DNA of 64,000 nt from Deferribacterales bacterium (GCA_050251945.1 JBFWLW010000002.1:192001-256000), one strand, 5' to 3'; shown: positions 18,378-29,455, counted from the stretch's first letter. Translations and numbers: made by a program. The notes: generated from the sequence alone by a model not told the origin.

Positions 18378-19322
18378 CTATTTTATAAAATAGAAATTAA
18401 TTCCTTCCATATCCCTTATCTCAAGCAGTTCCGCCGGAATCCCGGCTAAAACAGCCTCGACATCCGCTTTCGGCACACCGAACACCATAGAGATGTCCGC
18501 CACACTGCACGGGCGCATACTGATAAGTCTTTCAAGCTCCGCACGTGTCATGCTTCCGCCTGAAAAATCCTTTATATAGTTGCTCACGGGTTCAACCCTT
18601 ATGCCTCTTTGTGACAGAAACAGCGCCGCTTCCAGCAAAAATGAGCTTCCCACAGCCTTTGCAGAAGAGAACGCGGGCGGGCGATGCACTGTGTTGAGCT
18701 GAACCTTCTCGTACCGGCATCTTTTTATTATGTCTGCGATCTTCCCAAGCTCCTCAAAGTTGTCGTTTATCCCTTCACAAAGCAGTATCTCTATGAGCAG
18801 TCTGCCCCGATATTCGTTCGAGAACGTCACGACAGCCTCATTCACGTCCTCAATGTTAAGAGAAGGATGGGGAATACATATCATCCTGAAAGTATCCTGT
18901 GTCGCTGCATCAATACTTGGAACAACAACGTCCGCCGCCATTAACTCCTCGCGAACCTGCGGATCGGTGAAAAGTGTGCTGTTTGTCAGTACACCCACCG
19001 GAACACTGCTTATCTGTTTAATTCTGCGTATCAGATAACCAAGATCTGAACATAGGGTCGGCTCTCCTGAGCCTGTCAAAGTAACTATATCAAGCCCATG
19101 CTCAAGCGATGGATAACATTGGCTAAATTCATTTATTATCTCTTCAGGATCGCTAAAACGCTGTCTCATAATTGAGCATTGCGTGGTTCGTCCCACTTCG
19201 CAGTATATACAGTTGAGTGAACATACTTTCGAGGGAACTATGTCAATCCCCAGTGAACGCCCCAACCTCCTTGATGGTACAGGACCAAACAAAAATCTGT
19301 ATCCGCCGGATTTAACATACAT
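18378..19322 (-). CDS. Radical SAM protein (COG0731/TYW1-related family)
   Basis: FGPVPSRRLGRSLGID, CSLNCIYC, GSGEPTL. Confidence 0.88.
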   Translation of the reverse strand: MYVKSGGYRFLFGPVPSRRLGRSLGIDIVPSKVCSLNCIYCEVGRTTQCSIMRQRFSDPEEIINEFSQCYPSLEHGLDIVTLTGSGEPTLCSDLGYLIRRIKQISSVPVGVLTNSTLFTDPQVREELMAADVVVPSIDAATQDTFRMICIPHPSLNIEDVNEAVVTFSNEYRGRLLIEILLCEGINDNFEELGKIADIIKRCRYEKVQLNTVHRPPAFSSAKAVGSSFLLEAALFLSQRGIRVEPVSNYIKDFSGGSMTRAELERLISMRPCSVADISMVFGVPKADVEAVLAGIPAELLEIRDMEGINFYFIK

Positions 19323-19433
19323 ATCTTTTCACCCTGTTTTAGACAAAAGTTTAATTTTATTGTAATACTACTGTGCAAAAACACAATAATGAGTTTATAA
19401 TGTACCTATATAGAAAACCGTTTCAGGAGGTCT

Positions 19434-20549
19434 GTGATGAGTCTTAAAGAAGTCCTGCGAACCTGCGGAGTCAGCAGAAGAGAATTTCTGCAATACTGCA
19501 CCGCAGTCAGCGCCACACTTGCGCTGCCGCAGACATTCGCTCCGCAGATTGCCGAGGCTCTCGAAAACGAAGATGGCCGTCCGTCTGTTGTATGGCTGGA
19601 GTTTCAGAGCTGCTCAGGTGATTCAGAAGCGATTCTGCGTTCGGGTCGTCCGAAAATTGGAGAAATAGTGCTTGATGTCCTTTCCGTGGATTACATGGAA
19701 GTTATTATGGCGGCATCAGGGCATCTTGCCGAGGAAGCAAAAGAACAGGCAATGGAAAAAAATATGGGCAAATACCTGCTCGTCATAGAGGGTGCAATAC
19801 CAGTCGATGACGACGGCGTATACTGCTGCATAGCCGGCGATTCCGCCGTTAACCACCTCAAAAAGGCTGCCGCAGGCGCTGCGGCTGTCATAGCTGTGGG
19901 CAACTGCGCATCATTCGGTGGCATACCCGCCGGACACCCCAATCCGACGGGAGCAAAAGGCGTGCAGGACGTTGTCAGCGGGAAACCTGTTGTAAACCTG
20001 CCCGGCTGCCCCTGCAATGCGGATAACATCACCGCTCTGGTGGTGCATTATCTAGTGTTCGGAGATCTTCCCGCTGTCGACAGACATCTCCGCCCGAAAT
20101 TCGCATTCGGTAAAAGAATACACGACAACTGCGAACGCAGAGGTCATTTCGATGCCGGACAATATGTCGACGCATGGGGCGACGATGCCCACAAAAAAGG
20201 CTGGTGCCTTTACAAAATGGGCTGCAAAGGTCCCGAAACATTCCACAACTGCCCCACTATACGTTATAACGACGGAATCAGCTGGCCTGTAATGGCAGGT
20301 CACGGCTGTGTCGGCTGTTCAGAACCGGGCTTTATGGATACTATGGCGCCGTTCTATCAGCGCCTCCCCAATATTCCGGGATTTGGTGTTGAATCTCAGG
20401 CAACCAAGATCGGCATTAAACTCGCCGGTGCCGTCGCCGCGGTATTCGCGGTTCACGGCATTGTCAATTTGATACGTAACAAAGGCATGGTCAAAACGGT
20501 CGAATCCGAACACCTTGACCATGATAAAACGGAAGAAGGGGGCAAATAA
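19434..20549 (+). CDS. Group-1 [NiFe] hydrogenase small subunit (Tat, C-terminal TM anchor)
   Basis: SRREFL; CSGD; GNCASFGG; PGCP; HDNC..WCLYKMGCKGP..CP..HGCVGC. Confidence 0.95.
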   Translation: MMSLKEVLRTCGVSRREFLQYCTAVSATLALPQTFAPQIAEALENEDGRPSVVWLEFQSCSGDSEAILRSGRPKIGEIVLDVLSVDYMEVIMAASGHLAEEAKEQAMEKNMGKYLLVIEGAIPVDDDGVYCCIAGDSAVNHLKKAAAGAAAVIAVGNCASFGGIPAGHPNPTGAKGVQDVVSGKPVVNLPGCPCNADNITALVVHYLVFGDLPAVDRHLRPKFAFGKRIHDNCERRGHFDAGQYVDAWGDDAHKKGWCLYKMGCKGPETFHNCPTIRYNDGISWPVMAGHGCVGCSEPGFMDTMAPFYQRLPNIPGFGVESQATKIGIKLAGAVAAVFAVHGIVNLIRNKGMVKTVESEHLDHDKTEEGGK

Positions 20550-22249
20550 TGTCTGACAGGATAGTCGTAGACCCGATCACCAGAATCGAGGGTCACCTGC
20601 GCATTGAGGCAACGGTTGAAAACGGCGTTATCACAAACGCATTTTCAAGCGGAACGATGTTCAGAGGTATTGAAAAAATCCTTCAGGGCAGAGACCCCAG
20701 AGATGCGTGGTACATCACACAGAGATTCTGCGGTGTCTGCACCACGGTACACGCAATAGCATCCATCCGCGCCGTTGAAAACGCACTGGACATCCACGTG
20801 CCTTACAACGCGGAACTGATGCGCAACATAATAATGGGTTCCCAGTGCGTACAGGATCACGTTATACATTTTTATCACCTGCACGCTCTGGACTGGGTGG
20901 ACATAACTTCCGCCCTTAAGGCAGACCCTGCGAAAACAGCACAGCTTCAGCAGTCCATTTCCGACTGGAAATACAGCAGTGAGGCATATTTCAAATCTGT
21001 AAAGGACAAGCTCACAGCCTTTGTGAACACCGGAAAACTCGGTCCCTTCGCAAACGCATACTGGGGACACAGCGCATATAAACTGCCGCCGGAAGCAAAC
21101 CTGATGGCAGCGGCGCACTACCTTCAGGCGCTTGAAATACAGAAAGAAATTATCAAGATACACGCCGTTCTCGGTTCAAAAAACCCCCACCCGCAGACTT
21201 TCCTTGTGGGCGGAATGGCGCTCCCCATAGACCCAAACAGCCAGAACGGGCTTAACGCCGACCGCATCGCCATGATCAAGGAATACAACAACATAGCGAA
21301 GGAATTCGTTGAAAAAGTGTATATACCCGACGTGCTTGCGGTTGCACCCTTTTATCTGGACTGGGCAGGCATCGGCGCCGGTCATAAAAACTATATGTCA
21401 TACGGCGAATACCCGGAGACAAACAAGGGATATCCGAACGACATGTGGCTCCCGTCCGGTATAATCATGGGCGGCGACCTCTCCAATATAATGGAAGTCG
21501 ACCAGACGAAAATAGCCGAAGACACAGCCCACTCATGGTATGTAGACAAAGACGCAAAACACCCATATGAGGGAGCAAGCGAAAAGCGCTACACAGGTCC
21601 TAAGCTGCCTTATCAGTTCCTTGAAGTCGAAAAGGACTACTCGTATGTAAAATCACCCCGCTACAACGGAGTACCTATGGAAGTGGGACCTCTGGCAAGG
21701 GTGCTTATCGCATACGCCAAGGGACACAAAGAGATAAAACCCGTTGTGGATTCAGTGCTGGCGAAACTTGGCGCGGGTCCCGAAGCGCTGTTCTCAACGC
21801 TGGGACGAACAGCCGCAAGAGCCATCGAAACGCTTGTCATTGTCAACCGTATTGACAAATGGATAGCCGACCTTTCCGATAACATCCGCGCAGGGGATTA
21901 TTCAACCCACGCAGGTGAAAAATGGGAACCCGCCTCATGGCCTAAAAAGACTATGGGCTATGGATGGCACGAAGCACCCAGAGGTGCGCTCGGTCACTGG
22001 ATAGTGATTGAGGACGGAAAGATAAAGAATTATCAGGCTGTCGTTCCATCAACTTGGAACGCAGGTCCCATGGATAAGGGAGACATCCACGGTCCCTATG
22101 AGCAGTCCCTTATCGGAACACCCATAGCAGACCCGAACAAACCCCTTGAAATACTCAGAACCATCCACTCGTTCGACCCGTGTCTCGCATGCGCAGTACA
22201 CCTTACGGACGAAAAGGGGATTGAGATAACGAAAGTTCAGGTACTTTAG
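20549..22249 (+). CDS. Group-1 [NiFe] hydrogenase large subunit
   Basis: DPITRIEGH; L1 RFCGVC; L2 FDPCLACAVH plus cleavable C-terminal tail. Confidence 0.97.
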   Translation: MSDRIVVDPITRIEGHLRIEATVENGVITNAFSSGTMFRGIEKILQGRDPRDAWYITQRFCGVCTTVHAIASIRAVENALDIHVPYNAELMRNIIMGSQCVQDHVIHFYHLHALDWVDITSALKADPAKTAQLQQSISDWKYSSEAYFKSVKDKLTAFVNTGKLGPFANAYWGHSAYKLPPEANLMAAAHYLQALEIQKEIIKIHAVLGSKNPHPQTFLVGGMALPIDPNSQNGLNADRIAMIKEYNNIAKEFVEKVYIPDVLAVAPFYLDWAGIGAGHKNYMSYGEYPETNKGYPNDMWLPSGIIMGGDLSNIMEVDQTKIAEDTAHSWYVDKDAKHPYEGASEKRYTGPKLPYQFLEVEKDYSYVKSPRYNGVPMEVGPLARVLIAYAKGHKEIKPVVDSVLAKLGAGPEALFSTLGRTAARAIETLVIVNRIDKWIADLSDNIRAGDYSTHAGEKWEPASWPKKTMGYGWHEAPRGALGHWIVIEDGKIKNYQAVVPSTWNAGPMDKGDIHGPYEQSLIGTPIADPNKPLEILRTIHSFDPCLACAVHLTDEKGIEITKVQVL

Positions 22250-22281
22250 AAAGAAAAAGAAGGCAGACCCTAAGGTCTGCC

Positions 22282-22424
22282 CAGACTGATGACAAAATCA
22301 GTAAAATGCTAGATCGCGTCGTCGCATGCGCTCCTCGCGAAGACGTAAATTGCTGTCATTGCGAGGAAGCTGTAGGCTAACGCGGCAATCTCATTAACTT
22401 TTAATAAGTTTGTCAACAATCAGC
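22282..22424 (+). mobile_element. MITE-like element copy 3 with 23-bp hairpin duplication
   Basis: CAGACTGATGACAAA...TTTGTCAACAATCAG; GAAGGCAGACCCTAAGGTCTGCC at 22259-22281 and 22425-22447. Confidence 0.85.
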
Positions 22425-22435
22425 GAAGGCAGACC

Positions 22436-22813
22436 CTAAGGTCTGCCTTCGCTTTTATCAGGTTGTAACACGCATACGCGTGATCTTGTTATAAAGTGAC
22501 TGTCCTCTCCGGCGGGCAGTGAGAACCCCTCCGGGTACCCTTCACCGACATCCAGTATCAGCTGGGTGTGCTTCCAAACTTCATACTGACGAAAATCAAT
22601 ATAGAATGGACACCCGCCGACTTCTCCGAGGAGAACATCATTTTCGCTTATGATGAATTCGTCTTTACCGAAGCACATGGGCAGACTGCCGTCGCAGCAT
22701 CCGCCGGACTGGTAGAACATGATAGTTTCATACTCCTCCAGAAGTTTTTTTATTGCCTCAAGAGCTGCAGGTGTGGCGACAACCGCTGATTCACCTGTTG
22801 GCGTTTTCATCAT
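22436..22813 (-). CDS. DUF779 family protein
   Basis: FYQSGGCCDGSLPMC, WKHTQLILDV, GFSL; typical aldB neighbour. Confidence 0.9.
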   Translation of the reverse strand: MMKTPTGESAVVATPAALEAIKKLLEEYETIMFYQSGGCCDGSLPMCFGKDEFIISENDVLLGEVGGCPFYIDFRQYEVWKHTQLILDVGEGYPEGFSLPAGEDSHFITRSRVCVLQPDKSEGRP

Positions 22814-22825
22814 GACACCTCTTTT

Positions 22826-24352
22826 TTAAAAGAATCCCAGAGCATTCGGACTGTAGCTGACCAGAAGGTTTTTGGTCTGCGTGTAATGCTCAAGCATCAT
22901 AAGGTGGTTTTCCCTTCCGACGCCGGATATTTTATATCCGCCGAAAGCTGCGCCTGCGGGATACATGTGGTAACAGTTGGTCCAGACGCGTCCTGCTTTG
23001 ATAGCGCGACCCATGCGGTATGCGAGGCTTCCGTTTCTTGTCCAGACGCCTGCGCCGAGACCGTAAAGAGTGTCGTTTGCGATGCTGAGGGCTTCCGCTT
23101 CGTCTTTAAACGTTGTAACGGCAAGCACCGGACCGAATATCTCTTCCTGGAACACCCGCATTTTGTTGTTTCCTTTCAGCACTGTCGGCTCGAAATAGTA
23201 TCCTTCGGCGAACTCTCCGCCAATTGCGTTTCGCTTACCGCCGATGAGACACTGTGCGCCTTCCTGTTTGCCGATATCAACATAGCCGCTGATCTTTTCT
23301 ATCTGCTGTTTGGAGACCTGCGGTCCTATCATGGTTGCTGTATCCAGAGGGTTGCCCTGAACTATTTTTTCTATGCGTTTGAGGCAACGCTCCATGAATT
23401 TATCGTAAATTGATTCCTGAATGAGCGCACGGGAGGGACAAGTACAAACCTCGCCCTTGTTGAAAGCGTAGAGAACAAGCCCTTCAACCGCTTTGTCAAG
23501 GAATGCGTCGTCTGCATCCATAACGTCTTCAAAAAAGATGTTGGGGGATTTTCCGCCGAGTTCAGTTGTGGAGGGGATAAGGTTCTGCGCTGCATACTGC
23601 ATTATCAGTCGACCTGTGGTGGTCTCTCCGGTGAAGCCTATCTTCGCGATACGCGGGCTTGTGGCAAGCGCCTTGCCTATCTCTCCGCCGGGGCCGGTGA
23701 TAACGTTTATTACGCCGGGAGGTACGACGCCCTGAATAACTTCCATGAGTTTAAGGATTGACCATGGGGTCGGGGATGCCGGTTTAAGAACGGTACAGTT
23801 TCCTGCCGCCAGAGCGGGGGCTATCTTCCATGCCGCCATGAGCAGAGGAAAGTTGAAAGGAATTATCTGTCCGACAACGCCAAGCGGTTCGTGGAAATGG
23901 TATGCAACTGTATCTTTATCAATTTCTGTTAACGTCCCTTCAAGAGATCTTGTGGCACCCGCAAAATAGCGGAAGTGATCCACTGCCAAAGGAATATCCG
24001 CCGCCAGTGTTTCGCGCACGGGTTTTCCGTTTTCCCAGCTTTCCGCAACGGCGAGCATTTCAAGGTTCGCCTCTATTGCGTCGGCTATTTTGTTAAGCAC
24101 TGCGGCTCTCTCCGCAAGCGATGCCGAACCCCATGCGTCCTTTGCCTTGTGGGCGGCATCAAGAGCCAGATCGACATCTGCTGCCGATGATTTGGCTACT
24201 TCGCAAAAGGGTTTCCCTGTGGACGGGCTGATGTTGGGCATATACTGCCCGCTCAAAGGCGCAACCCAGTCACCGCCGATAAAGTTATCGTAGCGCGGTT
24301 TTAGTGATACAATACTTCCTGCCTTTCCAGGTGCTTCGTAAATCTTTCCCAT
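22826..24352 (-). CDS. aldB: NAD(P)-dependent (acet)aldehyde dehydrogenase, AldB/ExaC type
   Basis: [36 protein letters not shown]; start at MGKIY with GGAGG. Confidence 0.92.
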   Translation of the reverse strand: MGKIYEAPGKAGSIVSLKPRYDNFIGGDWVAPLSGQYMPNISPSTGKPFCEVAKSSAADVDLALDAAHKAKDAWGSASLAERAAVLNKIADAIEANLEMLAVAESWENGKPVRETLAADIPLAVDHFRYFAGATRSLEGTLTEIDKDTVAYHFHEPLGVVGQIIPFNFPLLMAAWKIAPALAAGNCTVLKPASPTPWSILKLMEVIQGVVPPGVINVITGPGGEIGKALATSPRIAKIGFTGETTTGRLIMQYAAQNLIPSTTELGGKSPNIFFEDVMDADDAFLDKAVEGLVLYAFNKGEVCTCPSRALIQESIYDKFMERCLKRIEKIVQGNPLDTATMIGPQVSKQQIEKISGYVDIGKQEGAQCLIGGKRNAIGGEFAEGYYFEPTVLKGNNKMRVFQEEIFGPVLAVTTFKDEAEALSIANDTLYGLGAGVWTRNGSLAYRMGRAIKAGRVWTNCYHMYPAGAAFGGYKISGVGRENHLMMLEHYTQTKNLLVSYSPNALGFF

Positions 24353-24691
24353 TGCTACCTCCATAGCTGTTGATACAAGATTTTTTTTGCCAGAGGCTCT
24401 GCCTCTCCGGAAATTCTTTAAGAAGTGTATTCAGACAAATTCAGTCTGAATGCATCTATTATAATAATAGCCCCGTATGTCAAAGCGTCAAGCCAATGAA
24501 GGCAGGTTATTTCCAAAACGGAACCATTATATATACTATGTATTATATACCCGTTAGAACACTCAACAATCGTTTAGTTCAAAAAAGTATAACGCACCCT
24601 TTTTATTTATATTTCAGCCTTCCTTTCATTGACTATATCCATACGCTGTAGTATCGTGAAAAGTAATTTTCTCTAAAATGAAGGTGCTTAT

Positions 24692-25843
24692 ATGCTGAAA
24701 AAATACCTCATGGCTCCCGGACCGACACCCGTTCCCGAAAGAGTGCTTCTGGAAATGGCGAAGCCTATGATACACCACAGAACAGACGAATTTTCAAAAA
24801 CCTTTGCCCAGTCAGCAAACGGGCTTAAAAAGGTATTCAATACAAAAAATGAGGTTCTGATGCTCGCCGGAAGCGGTACGGCCGCTATGGAAGCCGCCAT
24901 CATCAATACCCTGAACCCCGGCGACAAGGTTCTGGTCATTGATGCGGGTAAATTCGGACAGCGCTGGAAGAACATATCAAAAACCTTCGGCATGGACGTT
25001 CATGTCATAGAACTTGAATGGGGCTCATCAGTTGACCCCGCGCAAGTTGAAAGCTTCCTCACAGCGAATCCCGACACAAAAGCCGTCATGATTCAGGGAA
25101 GCGAAACGTCAACCACCGCTTACCACCCTATTAAAGAGATAGCGAAGATAATCGCAACAAAAGACGACACTATATTTATAGTGGACGGTATCACATCCAT
25201 CGGCGTTCACGAAACAATGATGGACAAATGGGGCATAGACATCGCCGTTACAGGCTCTCAGAAAGCCTTTATGCTGCCCCCCGGTCTTGCCTTCATCGCA
25301 CTCAGCGACAAGGCTTGGAAATTCTGCGAAAAAGCAACAATACCAAGATATTACCTCGACCTTAAGCGTGAGCTGAAATCACAGCGCGAGGCAACAACGG
25401 CATACACCCCCGCTGTCACCATCATCAACGGACTTAAAGTCGTTCTGGACATGATGGAGGAAGAGGGACTTGCAAACGTATACAAACGTCATCAGATAAA
25501 CGGCGACGCAACAAGAGCCGCTGTTCAGGCGATGGGCTTTAAGCTTCTGCCCACTGGCACACCTTCAAACGCGGCGACAGGCTTTTATCTGCCGGAAGGC
25601 TTTGAAGGCGGTAAATTCGTGAAATTCATGCGTGAAAAGGTCGGCATAACCTACGCAGGCGGTCAGGATCACCTTAAAGGCAAAATCGTCCGCATCTCCC
25701 ACCTCGGCTACCATGACGCTTTCGACACAATAGTCGCAATAAGCGGTCTTGAAATGGGGCTGGCGAAATTCGGCGTTAAGTTCGATATGGGCGCGGGCGT
25801 TAAAGCGGCGCAGGAAATACTGAAAAACTACATCGGTGAATAA
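24692..25843 (+). CDS. Class V PLP aminotransferase (serine-pyruvate/alanine-glyoxylate type)
   Basis: PGPTPVP, HHRT, GSQKAFMLPPGL, GGQDHLKG. Confidence 0.92.
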   Translation: MLKKYLMAPGPTPVPERVLLEMAKPMIHHRTDEFSKTFAQSANGLKKVFNTKNEVLMLAGSGTAAMEAAIINTLNPGDKVLVIDAGKFGQRWKNISKTFGMDVHVIELEWGSSVDPAQVESFLTANPDTKAVMIQGSETSTTAYHPIKEIAKIIATKDDTIFIVDGITSIGVHETMMDKWGIDIAVTGSQKAFMLPPGLAFIALSDKAWKFCEKATIPRYYLDLKRELKSQREATTAYTPAVTIINGLKVVLDMMEEEGLANVYKRHQINGDATRAAVQAMGFKLLPTGTPSNAATGFYLPEGFEGGKFVKFMREKVGITYAGGQDHLKGKIVRISHLGYHDAFDTIVAISGLEMGLAKFGVKFDMGAGVKAAQEILKNYIGE

Positions 25844-26968
25844 ATGGTACGCAATATGATGCCGAACTCCGCGGGAAACATAGCCCCCGGCAGATCGGTC
25901 AAAATGAACCGCATAGAAAAGACAATAAAAGAAGTAGTCAAATCATACGGGTATATGGATATTTTCCTGCCCATCTATGAATATTACGACATGCTTAAAG
26001 ACACCATGCACAACTTCCGCGACGAAAACATAATCCGTTTTATAGACCGCAACACCGGAAAATCTCTGGTTCTGCGTCCGGATTTCACACCGCAGGTGGC
26101 AAGATATTTCGCAAACTATATGAACGATTTCCCTCTTCCTATCCGCCTTTCCTACAATGGGCGGGTGTTCCGCAACGTCGATCTGGACAAGGGCGTTAAG
26201 TCCGAAAAACTTCAGGTGGGCGCGGAGCTGTTCGGCAACAGCAGACTGGAAGCCGACACGGAAATGCTCCTTATGGCGAAGCGCGTTTTTGAAAAGCTTA
26301 ACATCGAAGGATGCAAATACGTCTTCGGTCACAGCAGTTTCACCCGCAGAGCGCTGGAACTGGCGGGCGGGCATAAAGCCGAATATCACAAACACCTCGC
26401 TGCCAAGAACATAACCGCCGTGGCGCAACTGTTCAAAGGCGACAACGACCCTGAAAAATTTCTCAGACATCTGCCTAAGGCTTTCGGCGGCATCGAAACC
26501 GTGCGGGAACTGGCAGAAAAATGCCGGTTCGACAGCGAGCTGGCGGAGAGCGTGGACTACATAGTCACACTTTTCAAACGGCTTATATCTCTCGGACTGG
26601 ATGCAAAATCACTTGTGTTCGATGCATCCGAATCGGCAGGGCTTGAATATTACACAGGTATCACACTCAGCGTCCTCCACGCGAAAATAGGCGAAAGCCT
26701 CGCTGTTGGCGGGCGTTACGATAATCTTACAGAAAACTTCGGCAGAAAGGCGTGCGCATGCGGCATGGTCTTCTTTGTTGAAGAGATTTACAGCGTTGAC
26801 GAATCCGACATGAGCCTGAAAGAGATAGACTGGCTCGTTGTCGGCAGAGAAAACTTCAGCAGATGCGAAGAACTCAGAGACAAAGGACTCTCCGTATTTT
26901 ATGCCGAGGACGAAAAGTCCAAGGCTGAACTTGAGATCAGTTACAATTTCTTAAATACACTTTCGTGA
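25844..26968 (+). CDS. hisZ: ATP phosphoribosyltransferase regulatory subunit
   Basis: HisRS-like LRPDFTPQVAR, YYTG, GGRYD without anticodon domain; precedes purA. Confidence 0.88.
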   Translation: MVRNMMPNSAGNIAPGRSVKMNRIEKTIKEVVKSYGYMDIFLPIYEYYDMLKDTMHNFRDENIIRFIDRNTGKSLVLRPDFTPQVARYFANYMNDFPLPIRLSYNGRVFRNVDLDKGVKSEKLQVGAELFGNSRLEADTEMLLMAKRVFEKLNIEGCKYVFGHSSFTRRALELAGGHKAEYHKHLAAKNITAVAQLFKGDNDPEKFLRHLPKAFGGIETVRELAEKCRFDSELAESVDYIVTLFKRLISLGLDAKSLVFDASESAGLEYYTGITLSVLHAKIGESLAVGGRYDNLTENFGRKACACGMVFFVEEIYSVDESDMSLKEIDWLVVGRENFSRCEELRDKGLSVFYAEDEKSKAELEISYNFLNTLS

Positions 26969-28264
<1,296 letters not shown>

Positions 28265-28274
28265 TAAAAAGTAG

Positions 28275-28303
28275 TTGACATCAATTTATCACTTTGGTAT
28301 AAC
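28275..28303 (+). promoter_or_regulatory. Sigma70 promoter of the tRNA operon
   Basis: TTGACA-17 bp-TATAAC. Confidence 0.8.
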
Positions 28304-28359
28304 CTACCTCTCGCGTGGGTGACCAACGAAAGCCCAAACGGGAAAAACTAAAGTGATAC

Positions 28360-28432
28360 GAGCCATTAGCTCAGTTGGTAGAGCAATTGCCTTTTAAGCA
28401 ATGGGTCGTTGGTTCAAGTCCAACATGGCTCA
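28360..28432 (+). tRNA. tRNA-Lys(UUU), no encoded CCA
   Basis: Acceptor GAGCCAT/ATGGCTC, anticodon arm ATTGC-CTTTTAA-GCAAT, GGTTCAAGTCC. Confidence 0.95.
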
Positions 28433-28440
28433 CTTTAAAT

Positions 28441-28515
28441 GTCTCCATCGTCTAGCCCGGCCTAGGACATCGGCCTTTCACGCCGACGACAGGGGTTCGA
28501 ATCCCCTTGGAGACG
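28441..28515 (+). tRNA. tRNA-Glu(UUC), no encoded CCA
   Basis: Acceptor GTCTCCA/TGGAGAC, arm TCGGC-CTTTCAC-GCCGA, GGTTCGAATCC. Confidence 0.95.
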
Positions 28516-28564
28516 TTTTAAACGAAAATTTTCCATTGACGGAAAATTTTTGCAAAGTATAATC

Positions 28565-28637
28565 GGGTGGTTAGCTCAGCTGGGAGAGCATCGGCCTTAC
28601 AAGCCGAGGGTCGCAGGTTCGATCCCTGCACTACCCA
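28565..28637 (+). tRNA. tRNA-Val(UAC), no encoded CCA
   Basis: Acceptor GGGTGGT/ACTACCC, arm TCGGC-CTTACAA-GCCGA. Confidence 0.95.
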
Positions 28638-28648
28638 TTTTTTTAACA

Positions 28649-28722
28649 GGGGGCGTAGTTCAGTTGGTTAGAACGCTGGCCTGTCACGTCAGAGGTCGAG
28701 GGTTCGAGTCCCTTCGTCCCCG
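28649..28722 (+). tRNA. tRNA-Asp(GUC), no encoded CCA
   Basis: Acceptor GGGGGCG/CGTCCCC, arm CTGGC-CTGTCAC-GTCAG. Confidence 0.95.
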
Positions 28723-28737
28723 TCCTGTTAAAAAGCG

Positions 28738-28765
28738 AAAAGCCTGTCGAAAGACAGGCTTTTTT
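28738..28765. terminator. Intrinsic (likely bidirectional) terminator
   Basis: AAAAGCCTGTC-GAAA-GACAGGCTTTTTT. Confidence 0.85.
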
Positions 28766-28776
28766 GTTTGTATCCA

Positions 28777-29172
28777 TTAATCTTTAACTTCTGTACATTT
28801 CTTGAAGAAATTCGCGACGTCCGGTTTTTCAATACTCCCCTCTGCAACGGAAAGTGCAACACGATACAGTTCATCATCGTCAGAATTTATGACATAACCG
28901 TTAATATCTAAAAACACCATCGAAGATATCAATCCGGTACGTTTATTCCCATCAACAAACGGATGGTTTTTAATGATATGGTATATATACGCAGCTGCCA
29001 TTTCAAAAACATCAGCATGAAGATATTCATCTCCAAAAACTGCGGCAGGCATTGCACACGCAGAATCAAGTAAGTTCATATCCCTCAAAGCAGAATCACC
29101 GCCAAACTTCATAATCTGCAGATCATGAAGTTTTATAACAATCTCAAGAGTAAGAAATGAGACATCTTTCAT
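28777..29172 (-). CDS. doc: Death-on-curing (Doc/Fic) toxin
   Basis: HPFVDGNKRTG Doc-type Fic motif; LRDMNLLDSA. Confidence 0.92.
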   Translation of the reverse strand: MKDVSFLTLEIVIKLHDLQIMKFGGDSALRDMNLLDSACAMPAAVFGDEYLHADVFEMAAAYIYHIIKNHPFVDGNKRTGLISSMVFLDINGYVINSDDDELYRVALSVAEGSIEKPDVANFFKKCTEVKD

Positions 29173-29396
29173 TCAGCGAGCCTTCTGAATACATCAGAAT
29201 ATTTTTCTGTTATTCTTTCAGCAACTTCCATAATTTCCTTATCTCTTTCGTCATCCGTAACCGGAGTCAAAATAAGTGCTTTACCATCCGTAGTGATTTT
29301 AAACTGCGTCTTGGCATCAGCTCCCAGAAGTTCAAGCACTGGTTTTTCTATCACCAGTGCAAGGCTGTTTCCATGTTTTGTGAGATTTTTGATCAT
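29169..29396 (-). CDS. AbrB/MazE-fold antitoxin
   Basis: KHGNSLALVI...; C-terminal KYSDVFRRLAE; 4-bp overlap with doc. Confidence 0.88.
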   Translation of the reverse strand: MIKNLTKHGNSLALVIEKPVLELLGADAKTQFKITTDGKALILTPVTDDERDKEIMEVAERITEKYSDVFRRLAE

Positions 29397-29426
29397 AAAT
29401 CACCGTATATACAATGTTATAACGAA

Positions 29427-29455
29427 AATATAATTCCTCAACTATTTATTGTCAA
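29427..29455 (-). promoter_or_regulatory. Sigma70 promoter of the TA operon
   Basis: Minus strand TTGACA-17 bp-TATATT; GTTATAAC palindrome just downstream (possible operator). Confidence 0.7.

Noticed and set aside
22165..22200. Possible [NiFeSe] hydrogenase
   Set aside because: L2 motif is DPCLAC with a normal Cys codon; no in-frame TGA.
10422..22447. Direct repeats flanking ~140-bp inserts read as CRISPR repeat-spacer units
   Set aside because: Only two repeats per locus, a different repeat at each locus, inserts are homologous to each other, and no cas genes.
28536..28563. TTGACG-16 bp-TATAAT promoter-like match before tRNA-Val
   Set aside because: The -10 ends 1 bp before the mature tRNA, so initiation would fall inside it; the -35 sits in a hairpin loop.
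28550..28780. 76-aa ORF over the tRNA cluster
   Set aside because: Overlaps tRNA-Val and tRNA-Asp.
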